From NCBI RefSeq assembly GCF_009914755.1, contig NC_060934.1: a stretch of DNA of 64,000 nucleotides; one strand, given 5' to 3'. The notes under the pieces are model-generated. The model did no database searches, was not told the origin of the DNA, and saw nothing but the letters and a program-made list of their open reading frames with translations. A program made the translations under genes and the position numbers. Source of the stretch: the human T2T-CHM13v2.0 reference genome, Homo sapiens. Positions 43,529 to 60,940 of this stretch are shown here, in pieces. Position 1 is the first letter of the stretch; the number at the start of each line of letters is the position of its first letter.

Positions 43529-43974
43529 CACGAATAGAAAATTCTACAATAACCCTCTACTGGCCCTGGAATCATACTTTGCTGCTGAAAATATTACCAA
43601 ATTAACTCCATCTCCCACTATGGAATGGAAATGAAAAAAACAGATTCTCTAACTTGGCTTCAAGGATAGTGCCAAAGCTGTCTATGTTAACAACATTTCA
43701 GGCAAAAAGAAGTGGTTATGTAAGATAAGAGTGCCCAGTTTTCCATAAAATCAATTACCTTTTTCAGAAGAGCAACCTTGAAACTATCCAGAAATCGATT
43801 GATTAGATAATGCACATTCAGCAACTGCAAAGTCCATAGAAGGCTTAAATCACCAAGTGAAAACCAGTAAAGAGGTACCCTAAGAACAGAGTGCATGAGG
43901 TGGGAATGACTAAACATGTGCTGAGACAAACTCAGTCATCAATGGTACGGCATATGCTATTTTTTAATAACTAT

Positions 43975-44400
43975 GTTGCAGTCATTATAGGAGATTGGCT
44001 CACTTGGCATCCATCTCTACCTTTTCTTCCTAGGCTTCTAGAAGCTAGAAATGCTAAATAATCACTCACCCATCTCTCTTGCAACTAATGATAGCTAAAT
44101 AAATAGTTTTGTCTGAATAAGACACTGGGAAAGTATTTCCTGATAAATAAGGCAGATGTAACTAGCACTACCCCTTCCCTAGATCATAGATAAAAAGTCT
44201 GCAACAGCAGCAGCCATCTTGCAACCATGAGGCACCAAACCAATATGCAGAGGATGAATTGATAGAAGGAGCCTGGCAATTTGATGGTATCATGGAGTTT
44301 TTACACCTACCCTGAACTTCCTACATTCAGATTTTTTATTGTATGAGGAAAATAAATGCTTCTCTGTATATGCCACTATTCTTGCAGCTAAAAATATGTA
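43975..44400 (+). mobile_element. Old MLT1 LTR relic
   Basis: gcagcagccatcttgcaaccatgagg...aaataaatgcttct...cttgcagctaaaa. Confidence 0.6.
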
Positions 44401-44739
44401 AACGTAGTATTATGTCCACAACAGTGCTACTCAAACTATGGTCTGCAAGCTAGTAATATCAACATCGACATACCTGCGAGCTGTTAGAAAGGCAAATTCT
44501 CACCTTTTCAATTCCCTACCTCCATCCCTACTGTTGGCCACGTTTTATTTCCTGCCTTCCAACCTTGCCTTTCTCTTCCAATTTTCATGATGTCATTTCT
44601 TAAATATTTCTCTTCTAACCTTCTTCCTTTCTGCCCATATTTTGATTGTCCAAACCACTGGGCCAGAAAAGGGAAATATTATAATAGGTGTGCATGATGA
44701 CTTGCTGGTAAGAATAGAGTGCTTAAAATATTATGTGGA

Positions 44740-45700
44740 CATTGCCACATACCTAATATGAACTCAAATTTTTAAAATAGAAAACCAAACTGTTTATTTT
44801 TCTCTCCCAATCTACTCCTCCCCTACTGTTTAATTTCAATTGATGGTATCTTAATTCTCCCAATTGCTTAAGTGAAAAACTTGGAGTTTTCCATGACTCC
44901 TCTCTCCTTCCCACACCCTACATCTAATCCATTAGCAAATTCTATTTGTTTCACTTTCATAACATACTCCAAATATCAAATATTTCTCACCCCCTCCACC
45001 ACTACTGCCTTGATCTCAGCCAGCATTATCTATTGCTTGGGCCACTGTAATAGTTTCCTATTTGGTTTCTCTGCTTCCATCCCTGCCTCCCTACAATCTA
45101 TTTTCCAGAGAACAACTAAAGTGATCTTTTTAAAAATATAAACCTCATGATATCACTCCTTTACTCAAAACTTTCCAATCTCTTTTAGTAGAATAAAATA
45201 CAAACTTCCTAACATAATCTACAAGGCCTGGCATGATCTGGCCTCTGGTTATCTCATCACCATCAGCATTTGTATCACCCTCCAACTTGCTCACCCTACT
45301 TTAAGCATTGCCGGCCTTGTTGTTACTCAAGCATGCCAATCACATCTCTCTTATTGTTCCTTCTGCCTGGAGCAGTCGCCCTCCAGACACATTTCCCCTC
45401 ATTTGTTCAGGTCTCTACTCAATGATCACCCTATCAGAGGAGACTTTCCTGAGTGCTTTATCTAAAAAAACATGTCGCTCATCATATGCTGACTCTCACC
45501 TTCCCTTACATTACTGAATACATTACTGCTTGACTTTATATTCAACATTTATATTAAATATATAGTATAAATATGTTTATTGTCCCCAGCACAAATACAA
45601 CAAACATAAATTATTATTTACCAGTACATTCCTAGCATTTTTTTAAAAGTGCCTGACATGCAAGAGGAGCTTAATAATTGTATTTGCTGAATTAATAAAC
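44740..45700 (+). mobile_element. L2a relic
   Basis: catctaatccattagcaaattct...aaagtgatcttttt...gtgcctgacatg...tatttgctgaattaat. Confidence 0.75.
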
Positions 45701-46147
45701 TTCTTGTAGACCTCTGCCCAAACTTGAGTTATACTATGTTACCATTCTTTGCCATTTCCTCTACATTTTCTAAGTTAATGGTTATGGCAAATTTTGTTCA
45801 ACACTTAAGCCCCACTTAAATGACAATAAAATTCTGATTTGTTCAAGTAAGCATAGAGCCATTGATCTAACTCAGTCCCAAGCAATGAATCATGACTGGT
45901 TTAAACCAATCATGGTAATCTCATTCCATTTTGCCATCAATTGTTGTACAATAGACATGTGATCTGATTTCATCAAATGCGGTGTAAGGGGAAGTTTACT
46001 AAAGGATTTCCTTTCTGAAATAAAAAGAGAGTCTTGGAAGTAACTACTGTTTTGTACCTGTCTCTTCTTTTCTTCTTGGAATGTAGATGTGATGATATAA
46101 TGTCCAGGGCTGTGGCTGCTATCTTGCAACAATGAAGTGACATGTAT

Positions 46148-47178
46148 TGAGGCAGGCAAATAGGATCTGGTGACACGGAACTTAAGGCTAATTTGTCCTA
46201 ACTTCTTAAAAGAGAAAGCACCAAGGTGTGGCGGCAGGAAATCTAAGGCCAATTCACGCTGACTTCACAAAGCTGGATCAAAAAGAAAACCCCTGGGTCT
46301 GGCAGCAGAAAACCTAAGGCCAATTAACACAAACTTCCTAAAGCTAAACCAAAAGGGAAAAACCCCATTTTCCCTAGCTGAATAGCAAAGGATCAAGGCT
46401 ACTCTCCCTGCAACCTTCCCCCTTCCACCATACCTCAGATGGAAAGGGAGAGTGCCTTGGACTGGCCATGGGCCAAGCAGGGACCATCCCTTTACTGCAT
46501 AGGGTGCCAATTCACCTCACCCTTCAATTAGCCATAGACCAAATCCTTCATACAGATCAGGGGTAGCTGAGAAGAACCTCAAATGGGGTACTTAAAACCC
46601 AGAAAACTTTGTAACTGGGTGTATTAGTCTGTTTGCATGCTGCTGATAAAGACATACCCAATACTGGATAATTCATAAAGCAAAAGAGGTTTAATGAACT
46701 CACAGTTCCACATGGCTGAGGAGGCCTCACAATCATGGTGAAAGGTGAAAGGCTAAAGGCACATCTTACATGGTGGCAGACAAGAGAGAGGTGAGAGCCA
46801 AGTGAGGGGGTTTCCCCTTATAAAACCACCAGATCCCATGAGACTTAATCACTACCACAAGAACAGTATGGGGGAAACTGTCCCCATGAGTCAATTATCT
46901 CCCACCAGGTCCCTCCTACAACATGCAGGAATTATGGGAGCTACAATTCAAGATGAGATCTGGGTGGGGACACAGCCAAACCATATCACTGGGCCTTTGA
47001 GCTGCTTGCCCAGGCCCACTCCCACCCTGCGGAATGCTTTCTCACTTTAATAAATTCCTGCTTTCACTGCTTCTTTCCTGCGTTTCATTCCTCTGCTACT
47101 TTGTGTGTTTTGTTAAATTATTTATTCAAAATGCCAAGGACCTGGACAATTCATCATTGAGACCCTCCACTGGGAACA
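46148..47178 (+). mobile_element. MER51-family (ERV1) solo LTR
   Basis: tgaggcagg...taaggccaattcacgctgacttc...caaaatgccaaggacctggaca...ctccactgggaaca; TSD GTAT/GCAT. Confidence 0.8.
46620..46988 (-). mobile_element. THE1 solo LTR
   Basis: tgtattagtc...ccaaaccatatca; perfect TSD CTGGG (46615-46619, 46989-46993). Confidence 0.93.
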
Positions 47179-49189
47179 GCATGAAGACTAAAAATCAACC
47201 CAGAGAGGATAGCAGAGTAGAAAGATAGAAAGACCCTGGTCCTTGATTACATCATTGAGCAATTAAATAAATCTGGAACTGCCCATTTCCAGACTTCCTA
47301 TTAAGTAATAATAAGTGTTCTTATGGTTTAAGCTATTGTTAGTTTAGATTTCCCTTTATTTGAAGCCAAATGATATCCTAACTAATTCAATTATTTTATT
47401 TATAAATGTATTTGTGAGGACAAATGTGTTTTTCCTTATGTAGAACATTCTGGGTATAAAAAGGGAGGGAAGAAGAAAAAGAAAAAGGAGAAGAGAAAGG
47501 AAGCAACAAACCCAACTAATTTGTGGATGAAATAACCCTGGAGGCAGAGTGAATTACAGGAAGGATAAGGAAACAAAAAAAAAATTAATCAGTATTTTCC
47601 TTGCTCATCATCTAGTCTCATCCCCCTCCAATCTTCCTTTATCTGATCTTTTCACTAATGTAGAAGTATCATAAACTAAACCACTGCTCTTATAAATATA
47701 CCACACTCTGGGTAACCATATGCACAGAGTCAAAATTTTTTTTAATTAAAAAATGAATAAATAAATAAATCTACCACATACTGTAAAATCTTTAATGGAT
47801 TCTCATTACCATCACAGAATATTCATCTAGTTAACATTCAAAGGCTAAAATCAAATTACACCAATCCACTGAATTTATCTCCCACTATTTTTTAATCTAA
47901 ACCCTCCAGTTCAAACAAAAACAAACAAATAAGGAAAAAGTTCTCCTTATTGCCCTCTTATTTCTTATTTCCTCTAAGTCATGAATCTCTCTATTTCCAG
48001 TGTTGGATGCCTCAATAGAGGAAATAAATGCTTAAGAAAATAAGCCAAGGGGGAGTGGGTGGTGGAATTCAACTATAATAGACTCATCCAAAATTTTACA
48101 ACCAGAAAATCTGCAATAAACTGTTTTAATTTCATCATGCATGCAATTTTTATGTTTTACAATATTACAATTATTTTATTTTGAATTACATAAGATATAT
48201 GTACCTCATAAATTTTTTTCCAAAGGTTAAGTCAGGCCCTAACCATTCAGAATGCATGTCTTCTTTCCTCCTAATCTTCAGAGATCCCAAGCCAAAATCC
48301 AATCTTCTCCAAGAAACATTTTCAGACCACAGTAGGGTCTTTTTTTATTTGAATTATTTATCTGTATTTTAATATTTTATATGGGTTATAGCTTATCTCT
48401 CTAATAGGACTAAAAGTTTGCTATTCACAAGCAAGACTACAATGAATATTTGTTGAATGGAAAGAGTACAGAACCCTGACCTGCCAGTTTACATGACCAA
48501 TGTGCAGATGAATGTTTGAATATAAATGTTTAATGTTTCAAGAATTATCAGCAATCTATTGGGCCAAAGATACATTTCAGCTTAAGCTATACAGTAAGAC
48601 CCTATAGTCAGCATCAATAAATAAACAAATCCTCTTTTTTGAAGTTCTGCAGGAGTTCACCAATTTTGACCAATTACACCTTGCAAAGTCTTTACCTAAC
48701 AGGCAAGGGAAGATGCAAGAATTCATTTGGTCAGACATCAACCATCCCCACCTACTCTCTTACCTCCCCCTATACCCAGCACCACTACCACCTCATCACC
48801 AACTCAAAAATATGTGTTTTATTTTTTTTAACTTTTATTTTAGGTTCAGGGGTACACATGCAGGTTTGTTACATAGGTAAATTGCACGTCATGGGGGTTG
48901 GTGTACAGATTATTTCATCAACCAGATAATAAGTATAGCACTTGATAGGTAGTTTTTCAATCCTCACCCTCCTGCCACCTTCCAACTTCAAGTAGACCCC
49001 AGTATCTGTTGTTCCCTTGGGACAGTATGTACTCAATGTTTAGCTCCCACTTAGAAGTGAAAACAATCAGCAGCTGGTTTTCTGTTCCTGTGTAAGTTCA
49101 CTTAGCTCCATCCATGTTGCTGCAAGGGACATGATCCCATTCTTTCTTATGGCTGCATAATATTTCATGGTATATATGTACTACATTTT

Positions 49190-52694
<3,505 letters not shown>

Positions 52695-55001
52695 TCAAAA
52701 GTGTCTGTTTGTGTCCTTTGCTCACTTTTTTATGGGATTGTTTGTTTTTAATTGTTAACATGTTTAAGTTCCCTATGGATTCTGGATATAAGAGCTTTGT
52801 CAGATACATAGTTTGAAAACATATTCTCCCATTCTGAAGGTTGTCTGTTTACCCTTTTGGTAGCTTCCTTTGCTGTGCAGAAGCTCTTTAGTTTAATTAA
52901 GTCTCATTTGTCAATTTTTGCTTTTGTTATGATTGCTTTTGTCATCTGTGTCATGAAATCTTTGCCAGGTCCTATGTTCAGATTGCCTAGGTTGCCTTCC
53001 AGGGTTTTAGAGTTTTGGATTTTACATTTAAGTCTTTAATCCAACTTGAGTTGATTTTTGTATATGGTGTAAGGAAGTGGTCGAATTTCAATATTCTGCA
53101 TATGCTAGCCAGTTATCCCAGCACCATTTCTTGAATAGAGGAAGTCCTTTCCTCATTGCTTATTTTTGTTGACTTTGTCAGAGATCAGATGGTGGCAGAT
53201 GTGCAGCATTACTTCTGGGCTCTCTATTCTGTTCCATTGGTCTATATGTCAGTTTTTATACCAGTACCATGCTCTTTTGGTTACTATAGCCTTGTAGTAT
53301 ATTTTCAAGTGGATAAAATTATGTCTCCAGCTTTGTTCTTCTTGCTTAGGATCACCTTAGCTATTTGGGCTCTTTTTTGGTTCCATACAAATTTTAAAAT
53401 AGTTTTTTCTAATTCTATAATGCTTCATTAGTAGTTTGATAGGAATAGCATTGAATCTGTAAATTGCTTTGGACAGTATGATGAATTTAACAATATTGAT
53501 TCTTTCAATTCATGAGATGGAATGTTTTTCCATTTGTTTGTGTCATCTCTGATTTCTTTGAGCAGTGTTTTGTAAGTCTCATTGCACACATCTTTCACCT
53601 CCCTGGTTAGCTGAATTCCTAGGTATTTTACTCTTTTTGCAGCTGTTGTGAATGGGATTGCATTCTTGACTTGGCTTTCAGCTTGGATGTTGTTGGTGTA
53701 CAGGAATGCTACTGATTTTTGTACACTGATTTTTTATCCTGTAACTTTGCTGAAGTTGTTTATCAGATCAAGAAGCTTCTGGACAGAGACTATGGTGTTT
53801 TCTAAGTATAGAATCTTATCATCTGCAAACAGGGATAGTTTGCTTTTCTCTCTTCTTATTCGGATGCCCTTTATTTCTTTCTCTTGCCTGAACACTCTGG
53901 TTAGGACTTCCAATACCATGTTGAATAGGAGTGGTGAGAGAGGGCATCCTTGTCTTGTGCCAGTTTTCAAGGAGAATGCTTCCAGCTTTTGCCAATTCAA
54001 TATGATGTTGGTTGTGAGTCTGTCATAGATGGCTCTTATTATTTTGAAGTATGTTCCTTCAATGCCTAGTTTGTTGAGGATTTTTAACATAAAAGATGTT
54101 GAATTGTATTGAAAGCCTTTTCCGCAGCTATTGAGATGATAACGTGGTTTTTGTTTTTAGTTCTCTTTACATGATGAATCACATTTATTGATTTGCATAC
54201 GTTGAAACAACCTTGCATCCCAGGGATGAAGCATACTTGATTGTGGTGAGTTAGCTTTTTGATGTGCTACTGGGTTTAGTTTGCTAGTATTTTGTTGAGG
54301 ATTTTTGCATCTCAGTTCATCAAGGATATTGGCCTGAAGTTTTCTGTTTTTGCTGTATCTCTCCCAGGTTTTGGTATCAGGATGATGCTGACTTCATAGA
54401 ATTAGTTAGGGAGGAGTTCCTCCTCCTCAATTTCTTGGAGTAGTTTCAGTAGGAATGGTACTAGCTCTTCTTTATACACGTGGTAGAATCTGGCTGTGAG
54501 TCCATCTGGTCCTGGTTTTTTTCTGGTTGGTAGGCTTATTACTGATTCAATTTTGGAACTTATTATTGGTCTGTTCAGGAATTCCATTTCTTCCTGGTTC
54601 AATCTTAGGAGGCTGTAGGTTTCCAGGAATTTATCTATTTCTTCTAAGATTTCTAGTTTGTGTGCATAGAGGTGTTTGTAATAGTCTCTGAGGGTTTTTT
54701 GTATTTCCGCGGGGTTGATGCTAATGTCACCTTTGTCATTTCTGATTGTGTTTATTTGGTGCTTCTCTCTTTTTTCTTTATTAGTCTAGCTAGCAGTCTA
54801 TCAATCTTATTTATTCTTTCAAAAACCAACTCCTGGATTAATTGATCTTTTGTATTGTTTTTGGTTTCTCAATTTCCTTCAGTTCAAGTCAGATTTTGGT
54901 TATTTCTTGTCTTCTGCTAGCTTTGGGGTTGGTTTGGTCTTTTTTCTCTAGTTTCTCTAGATGTAATGTTAGGTTGTTAATTTGAGATTTTTCTAACATT
55001 T

Positions 55002-55129
55002 AGGGGGGAGTGTAGAGATGGGTTTTCATCAAGTTGCCCAGGCTGGTTTCTAACTCCTTTGCTTAAGCAATCCACCCACCTCTGCCTCCCAAAGTGCTAG
55101 GATCACAGGTGTGAGCAACCATGCCCAGT
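55002..55129 (-). mobile_element. Alu left monomer (FLAM-like) inside the old L1
   Basis: gtagagatgggttttc...ctcccaaagtgctaggatcacaggtgtgagcaaccatgcccag. Confidence 0.8.
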
Positions 55130-58100
55130 CATGTCTCAAATTTTTTGATGTGGGCATTCAGCACTAAAATCTTCTGTCTTAACACTGCTTTAGCTGTGTT
55201 CCAGAGATGCTGGTTTGTTGTGTCTTTATTCTCATTAGTTTCAAAGAAATTCTTGATTTCTGCCTTAATTTCATTGTTTACCACAAAGGAGCAGGTTGTT
55301 TAATTTCCATGTAATTGTATGGGTTTGAGCACTTTTCTTAGTGTTTATTTCTATTTTTATTGCACTGTTGTCCAAGAGTGTGGTTAGTATGATTTCAGGA
55401 TTTTTAATTTGCTGAGGATTGTTTCATGTCCTATTGTGTGGTCAATTTTAGAGTATGTGCCATGTGCATATGAGAAAGATATATATTCTGTTGTTTTGTG
55501 TTAGAGTTCTATAGATGTCTATTAGGTACACTTGGTCAAGTGTAGAGTTTAGGTCCTGAATATCTTTGTTAATTTCTCCTCACTGATCTGTCTAATACTG
55601 TCAGTGGAGTGTTGAAGTCTCCCACTATTGTTGTGTAGTTATCTAAGTTTCTTCATGGGTCTCTAAGAACTTGCGTTATGAACCTAGGTGCTCCTCTTTT
55701 GGGTGCATTTATACTTAGGATAGTTAGGTCTTCTTGGTGAATTGAACTCCTTAACATTATGTAATGCCCTTCTTTGTCTTTTTTGTCTTTGTTGGTTTAA
55801 AGTCTGTTTTGTCTGAAATTAGAATAGCCACCTCTGCTTTTTTCTGTTTTCTGTTTGCTTGGTAGATTTTCCTCCATTCTTCTACTTTAAACCTATGGGT
55901 GTCATTGCATGTGAGGTGGGGCTCTCAAAAACAGCATCCTGTTGAGTCTTGCTTTCTTATCCAACTTGCCATTCTGTGCCTTTTAATTGGGCCACTTAGC
56001 CTATTTGCATTCAAGGTTAATATTGACATATGCGGAGTTGATTCTGTCATCATGTTGTTAGCTGGTCATTATTCAGACTTGTTTAGGTGGTTGCTTTACA
56101 ATGTCAGTGGTCTATGTACTTAAGTGTGTTTTTTAGTGGCTGGTAACTGTCTTTCCTTTCCATATTTAGCACTCCCTTCGGGACCTCTTACAAGGCAGGT
56201 CTCATGTTAGTGAATTCCTTTAGGATTCACTTGTCTGAAAAGAATCTTATTTCTCCTTCACTTATGAAGCTTAGCTTGGCTAGATATGAATTTCTTGGTT
56301 GGAATTTATTTTCTTTAAGAATACTGAATACAGGCCACGATCTCAACTGGCTTGTAGGGTTTCTGCTGAAAGAACAACAGTTAACCTGGTTGGGTACTCT
56401 TTGTAGGTGACCTGCCCCTTCTCTCTAGCTGCCTTTAACATTTTTTCATTCATTTTGACCTTGGAGAATCTGACTACTGTGTGTCTTGTTGATGGTTATC
56501 TTGTGTCTTCTTACAGGAGTTCTCTGCATTTTCTGAAATTGAATGTTGGCCTCTCTAGTGAAGTGGGAACACTTTTCATAGATGATATCCTCAAATATGT
56601 TTTCCAAGTTGCTGGCTTTCTGCCTCTCTTTCAGGTACGACAATGAGTTCTAGATTTGGTCTCTTTACACAATCCCATATTTCTAAGAGGTTTTGTTCAT
56701 TTTTCTTTAACCTTTTTTCTTTATTTTTGTCTCAATGAATTGTTTCAGAGAACTAGTCTCTGAGCTCTGAGGTTCTTTCATCAGCTTGGTCAATTCTGCT
56801 GTTAATACTTGTAATTGTATTCTGAAATTCTTGCAGTGAGTTTTTTAGCTCTATCAGATCAGTTTGGTTCTCTCTTAAAACGGTCATTTCATCTTTTATC
56901 TCCTGTGTCATTTATTGTATTCTTCAGAATCCTTGGATGGGGTTTTGACTTTCTCCTGAATCTCAGTAATTTTCATTCCTATCCATAGTCTGATTTCTAC
57001 TTCTGTCATTTCTGCCATTTCAGCCTGGTTAAGAAGCATTGCTGGGGAACTAGTACAGTCATTAGGAAGTAAGAAGACACTGGTTTTTGAGTTATAAGAG
57101 TTCTTGCACTGGTTTTTTCTCATCTACATGGGCTGACGTTCCTTCAGTCTTTTAAGTTGCTGCCTTTTGGGTGAGTTTTTGTTTTGTTTTGTTTTGTTTT
57201 TACCTTTGAAACAGTTAACCCCTTGGGGGTTAATTGTGGTATAAGGTGGGTTCAGTCAACTGGCTTCATTTCTGGAAGATTTTAGGGGGCCAAGTCTCAG
57301 GTCAGCATTCTAGGGCTGTGTGCTATAACTCTGGAGGGCTGCTATTGGGCCCTGGCTTTGTTCTCTGGCCCCTCAACGTTAGAAATCTGCTGCACTAGAG
57401 GGACCAATGTGTTCCTGGACTGCTGGCAACAATAACCCCAATGGGTGGTACCAGCCAAAGCACTTCATAAGGTTGGTGACAGCAGGATCTGTGCTCATTC
57501 ACATGTGCCAGCAGCACCAGCAGAATGGCAGGGTGCACACTTGTCAGCTGGGGTGGAGCTCTGGTAGGCATGGGGCTGCCAGCCTCTTTACATGCATTCA
57601 CAGCAACAGCAATGGCAGTGTGAGTCAGGAACAGGACCACTGGCATCCATGTGTGTGTTCACATTGGTGGTGGTGTTGGTGCCAAGGCAGGGTGCTGGCC
57701 TGCACAGGACTGCCAGCCTCTATGCACTCATTCATGCCAGCAGCAATGGCAGCATTGGTTGGAGGATGGGGCCACACTGGCTTCTCAGTGCATGTTCACA
57801 CTGGCAATAGCAGTGCAGCAGTGGACATGTGAGGTCCACTCACAACAGCAGCAGTGGTGCAGTGGGATGCAAGCACACCTGTGCTGGCAGGGGAGGGGAG
57901 GCAAGGTCCACTACACACACACACCGGCAAAGCAGTTGGGGGTGCGGCCATAGGCAAGTTCATGACAGCAAAGTGGCACAGGGGAGGCTGCGGTTGGCGG
58001 AGGGCACGGGTGGGTTGATGTGCATCAGTGGGGGCTGCTCTGCTGGAGCTCTCTGATGGTCAGATGTGATCTGCCAGTGCAGGTGCTATGATGTGGGCTC

Positions 58101-59979
58101 CCAGGAGTCACCCTAGTTGTGCATCCGAGGCTGCACTGTGAGCAAATATAGCCAGACTGGAGTCCCAGGAGTGGGCAGCAGACAGGAGGGTTCTCAGATT
58201 GAACTGACCTTGTCTCATGAGCAAGACCGCCCCACTCTATTCAGGTCTGACAGTTCCCCTAAGACTTAAGTCCCCTAGGGGAGCATAGGTTCAGGACAAG
58301 AGCGAGCCACTCCTCACTCCCCCTTCAGCCTAGTGTCTGTGTCTGTCTCAATGCCCTCCCCCCAAATATCTGCTTGGAGTGTACTGGTCTTCCTGATGTT
58401 TCAGTCCCTCAGTGACACATGTTCCGCCTGGCTGTGTCTAGTCAACCATCTTGCTGAGGATCAAGAATATGTGTTTTAAATCAGAATGTAGTTTGGCAAC
58501 CAACAGCACTCACGCCATATCAAAATTCATTGCCAACAAATCCCTACCTTCCTGCTGACTATGACAGTCTGCTACCCACCTCAGTGACAAAAACTGGCAG
58601 CCAGCATGCTCCTTCCCCTACTTTGGTGTTAGTGGGCTATCCTTCTCCCTCCCTATTTGGAAATCACTAAGGCCTAAGACCCTTTCTGTGAGCTGCCTCT
58701 AACATGCCAAAGGGAAGAGAGTAGGAACTTTGGCACCCTAATTTTAAAAGAATGCTAGCCCATGATGTAAAAGGAAGACTATATTCTTCTCCAAATGTGG
58801 ACACTGCCTGTTTCCTTTACTGCCGTTATTAGCTGATGTCTTTGGCAGAGAACACATTGAGTAAGTTTTTCCAGGATGGGTTTGTAACATTGGAAATATA
58901 ACATCTAAATATAACAAACTTCTGATTGTTTCTCAGTTTGCACCCACACATTTACCAAGACACCTCATTTTTTGAAAAAGTTTTTAACAAGGCAAGAGCC
59001 AAATTTACACTCCCTTCTTTTCCTTCCCAATGGCAAGTCATTCCAATATTTATTTTTCTTTTTCTTTTTTGTCTATTCTTTCTCTTCTTCTTAATTAAAA
59101 GAAGATGTTTTTTGTCACCCGTAAACACTGCAATTCCTCATTTTCCCTTTTCTGTAGGCTGGCCTCATTTTTCCTGCCCTCTACCTGAACAATAGAATTT
59201 TTTTAAAAAAAACATTAAACTGAATTGTTAGTAATTTATAATTGAGATTTTAAGTTTAGCATATAAAAACTGAATATGAATAGGATTTGACTCAACAGGT
59301 TATTTCTTTATAAATCTAAATATAGATGTGTTTAATGTTCGTTATAAATGGCTTTTAAAAAGGCAAGTGACAACACTGGAAAAAATAAAGTGCTTTTAAG
59401 AAGAAATGTAAACATTTTTCTTAGGAAACTCATTTTGGAAGTTTGCATGCTGTCATTATGCCAATATCACATTATAATAAACAATAAAAATGAACTACTA
59501 TAAACTCTCTTCTCCTGGAATCAATGGTATGAATTTAATAGGCAATCCAGAGCTCCAGCTTCAACTTTAATCAATTCCAAAGTCAAATTTCTGATTATCA
59601 TATGCTCTACTTAATGAGTAACTAACTGGAGAGTAAGACCTCAGTTTGATTGCAGCATGTTATGTACAAATCAGACCACTAGTTTTTCTATTTTTACCAC
59701 AGTTAAAGAGTAACAAATATGTCTTAAAAGACCCTGGAAAAGTACCACAAAGCTGGAAGAACTGAAAAAAAAGTAATGCTTCTAAGCACAAGTTATTTTT
59801 AGATTCTAGGTTTCATTTTTCCATACGATCTCAGAATATAATACAAAATACCAAGCTACAAAAACAATAAATAATTTCCACCATCAGTATTACTTAAGCC
59901 TTGGTTGTCTTGTGTGAGAACTAGGTCACACAGATTCAAGCATAACCAAGACTTTTTTAATCTGTTCCCTAAGAATGCC

Positions 59980-60160
59980 TCAAGATTTTAAGTCCCAATT
60001 CTGCCACTAAAGAGCTATGTGACATTAGGAACACAATTAGCTTTTCTGGGTCTCAGTTTTCTTATTTGTAAAGCAGAGATAATTCTTCTTACAGGGCTGT
60101 TGTGAGGATCAAATGATAGAATATATATGAAATATCTAATTCAGTGCCTAGATTCCAGTG
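59980..60160 (+). mobile_element. MIR relic
   Basis: gtcccaattctgccactaa...ctcagttttcttatttgtaaa...acagggctgttgtgaggatcaaatga. Confidence 0.8.
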
Positions 60161-60927
60161 AATTTCCTTCAAACCCCTTTCCCACACTCCCCATCGCTAA
60201 ATTTCCATGCTTAATATTACGTGCCAACAGGGATGTGAGTATTCCTTCCATTCCTCAACAGCAATGAGTTGAACATTGATTTGTGTTGATAGATGTTCTT
60301 GAAAAATACACTGTTTTGTATGCATATAATTTTAATTGATATAAATAGTATTGTGTAATGTATCTCATTTAACTTCTTATTCTACTTCTTATTTGGTTTG
60401 GGGCTTGGTGTTCTTTGTTTCTTATTGTGGTTTGGGAAAAAAATAGAAAATCTGTTATAAATTAGTCCCTCACAGCTCTTTTTCAAAGGCAAATTCAAAA
60501 GTGAGATTTTATAGGTCAGATATGTCCAAAATCAAATGCCAATGAGTTAAATTCATATCTTTTTGCTTGTAAGTATTCTTGCAAAACACATGGTTTTGCA
60601 TAAAGGTAAAGATAGTTGTAATTTACTTAAATAGCATTGTGCTATATATCGTTCTATTTATCTTTTCTCCCCTCTGCACTATGCTTTGAAGTTCATCTAT
60701 ATTGTCAGATGTGTATCTATTTAGCTGCTTCTCATTTTTTCCCTTATTCTCATAGTATACAATCTCCAAATTATACCTAGCCACTTTTCTAGTGATGGGC
60801 ACTCAGGAGGGCATTCATCCATCTACCACCATAAAGAATGCTGAAATGAACATTCTTATGTGAGTTCCCACACAGGCAGCCAAAGCTATGAGGAAAGGTG
60901 TATACACAAAGGGCCTTGTTATGAGAT

Positions 60928-60940
60928 TGCTGACTCAGCC
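60928..60940. promoter_or_regulatory. Near-perfect T-MARE / ARE motif
   Basis: TGCTGACTCAGCC, 12/13 match to TGCTGACTCAGCA; motif only. Confidence 0.3.

Larger units (their letters stand above)
45860..47390 (+). mobile_element. Old MLT1 LTR hosting nested LTRs
   Basis: catgactggtttaaaccaatcatgg...ggctgctatcttgcaacaatga; resumes after 47178 with ...ttatggtttaagctatt...atcctaactaattca. Confidence 0.7.
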
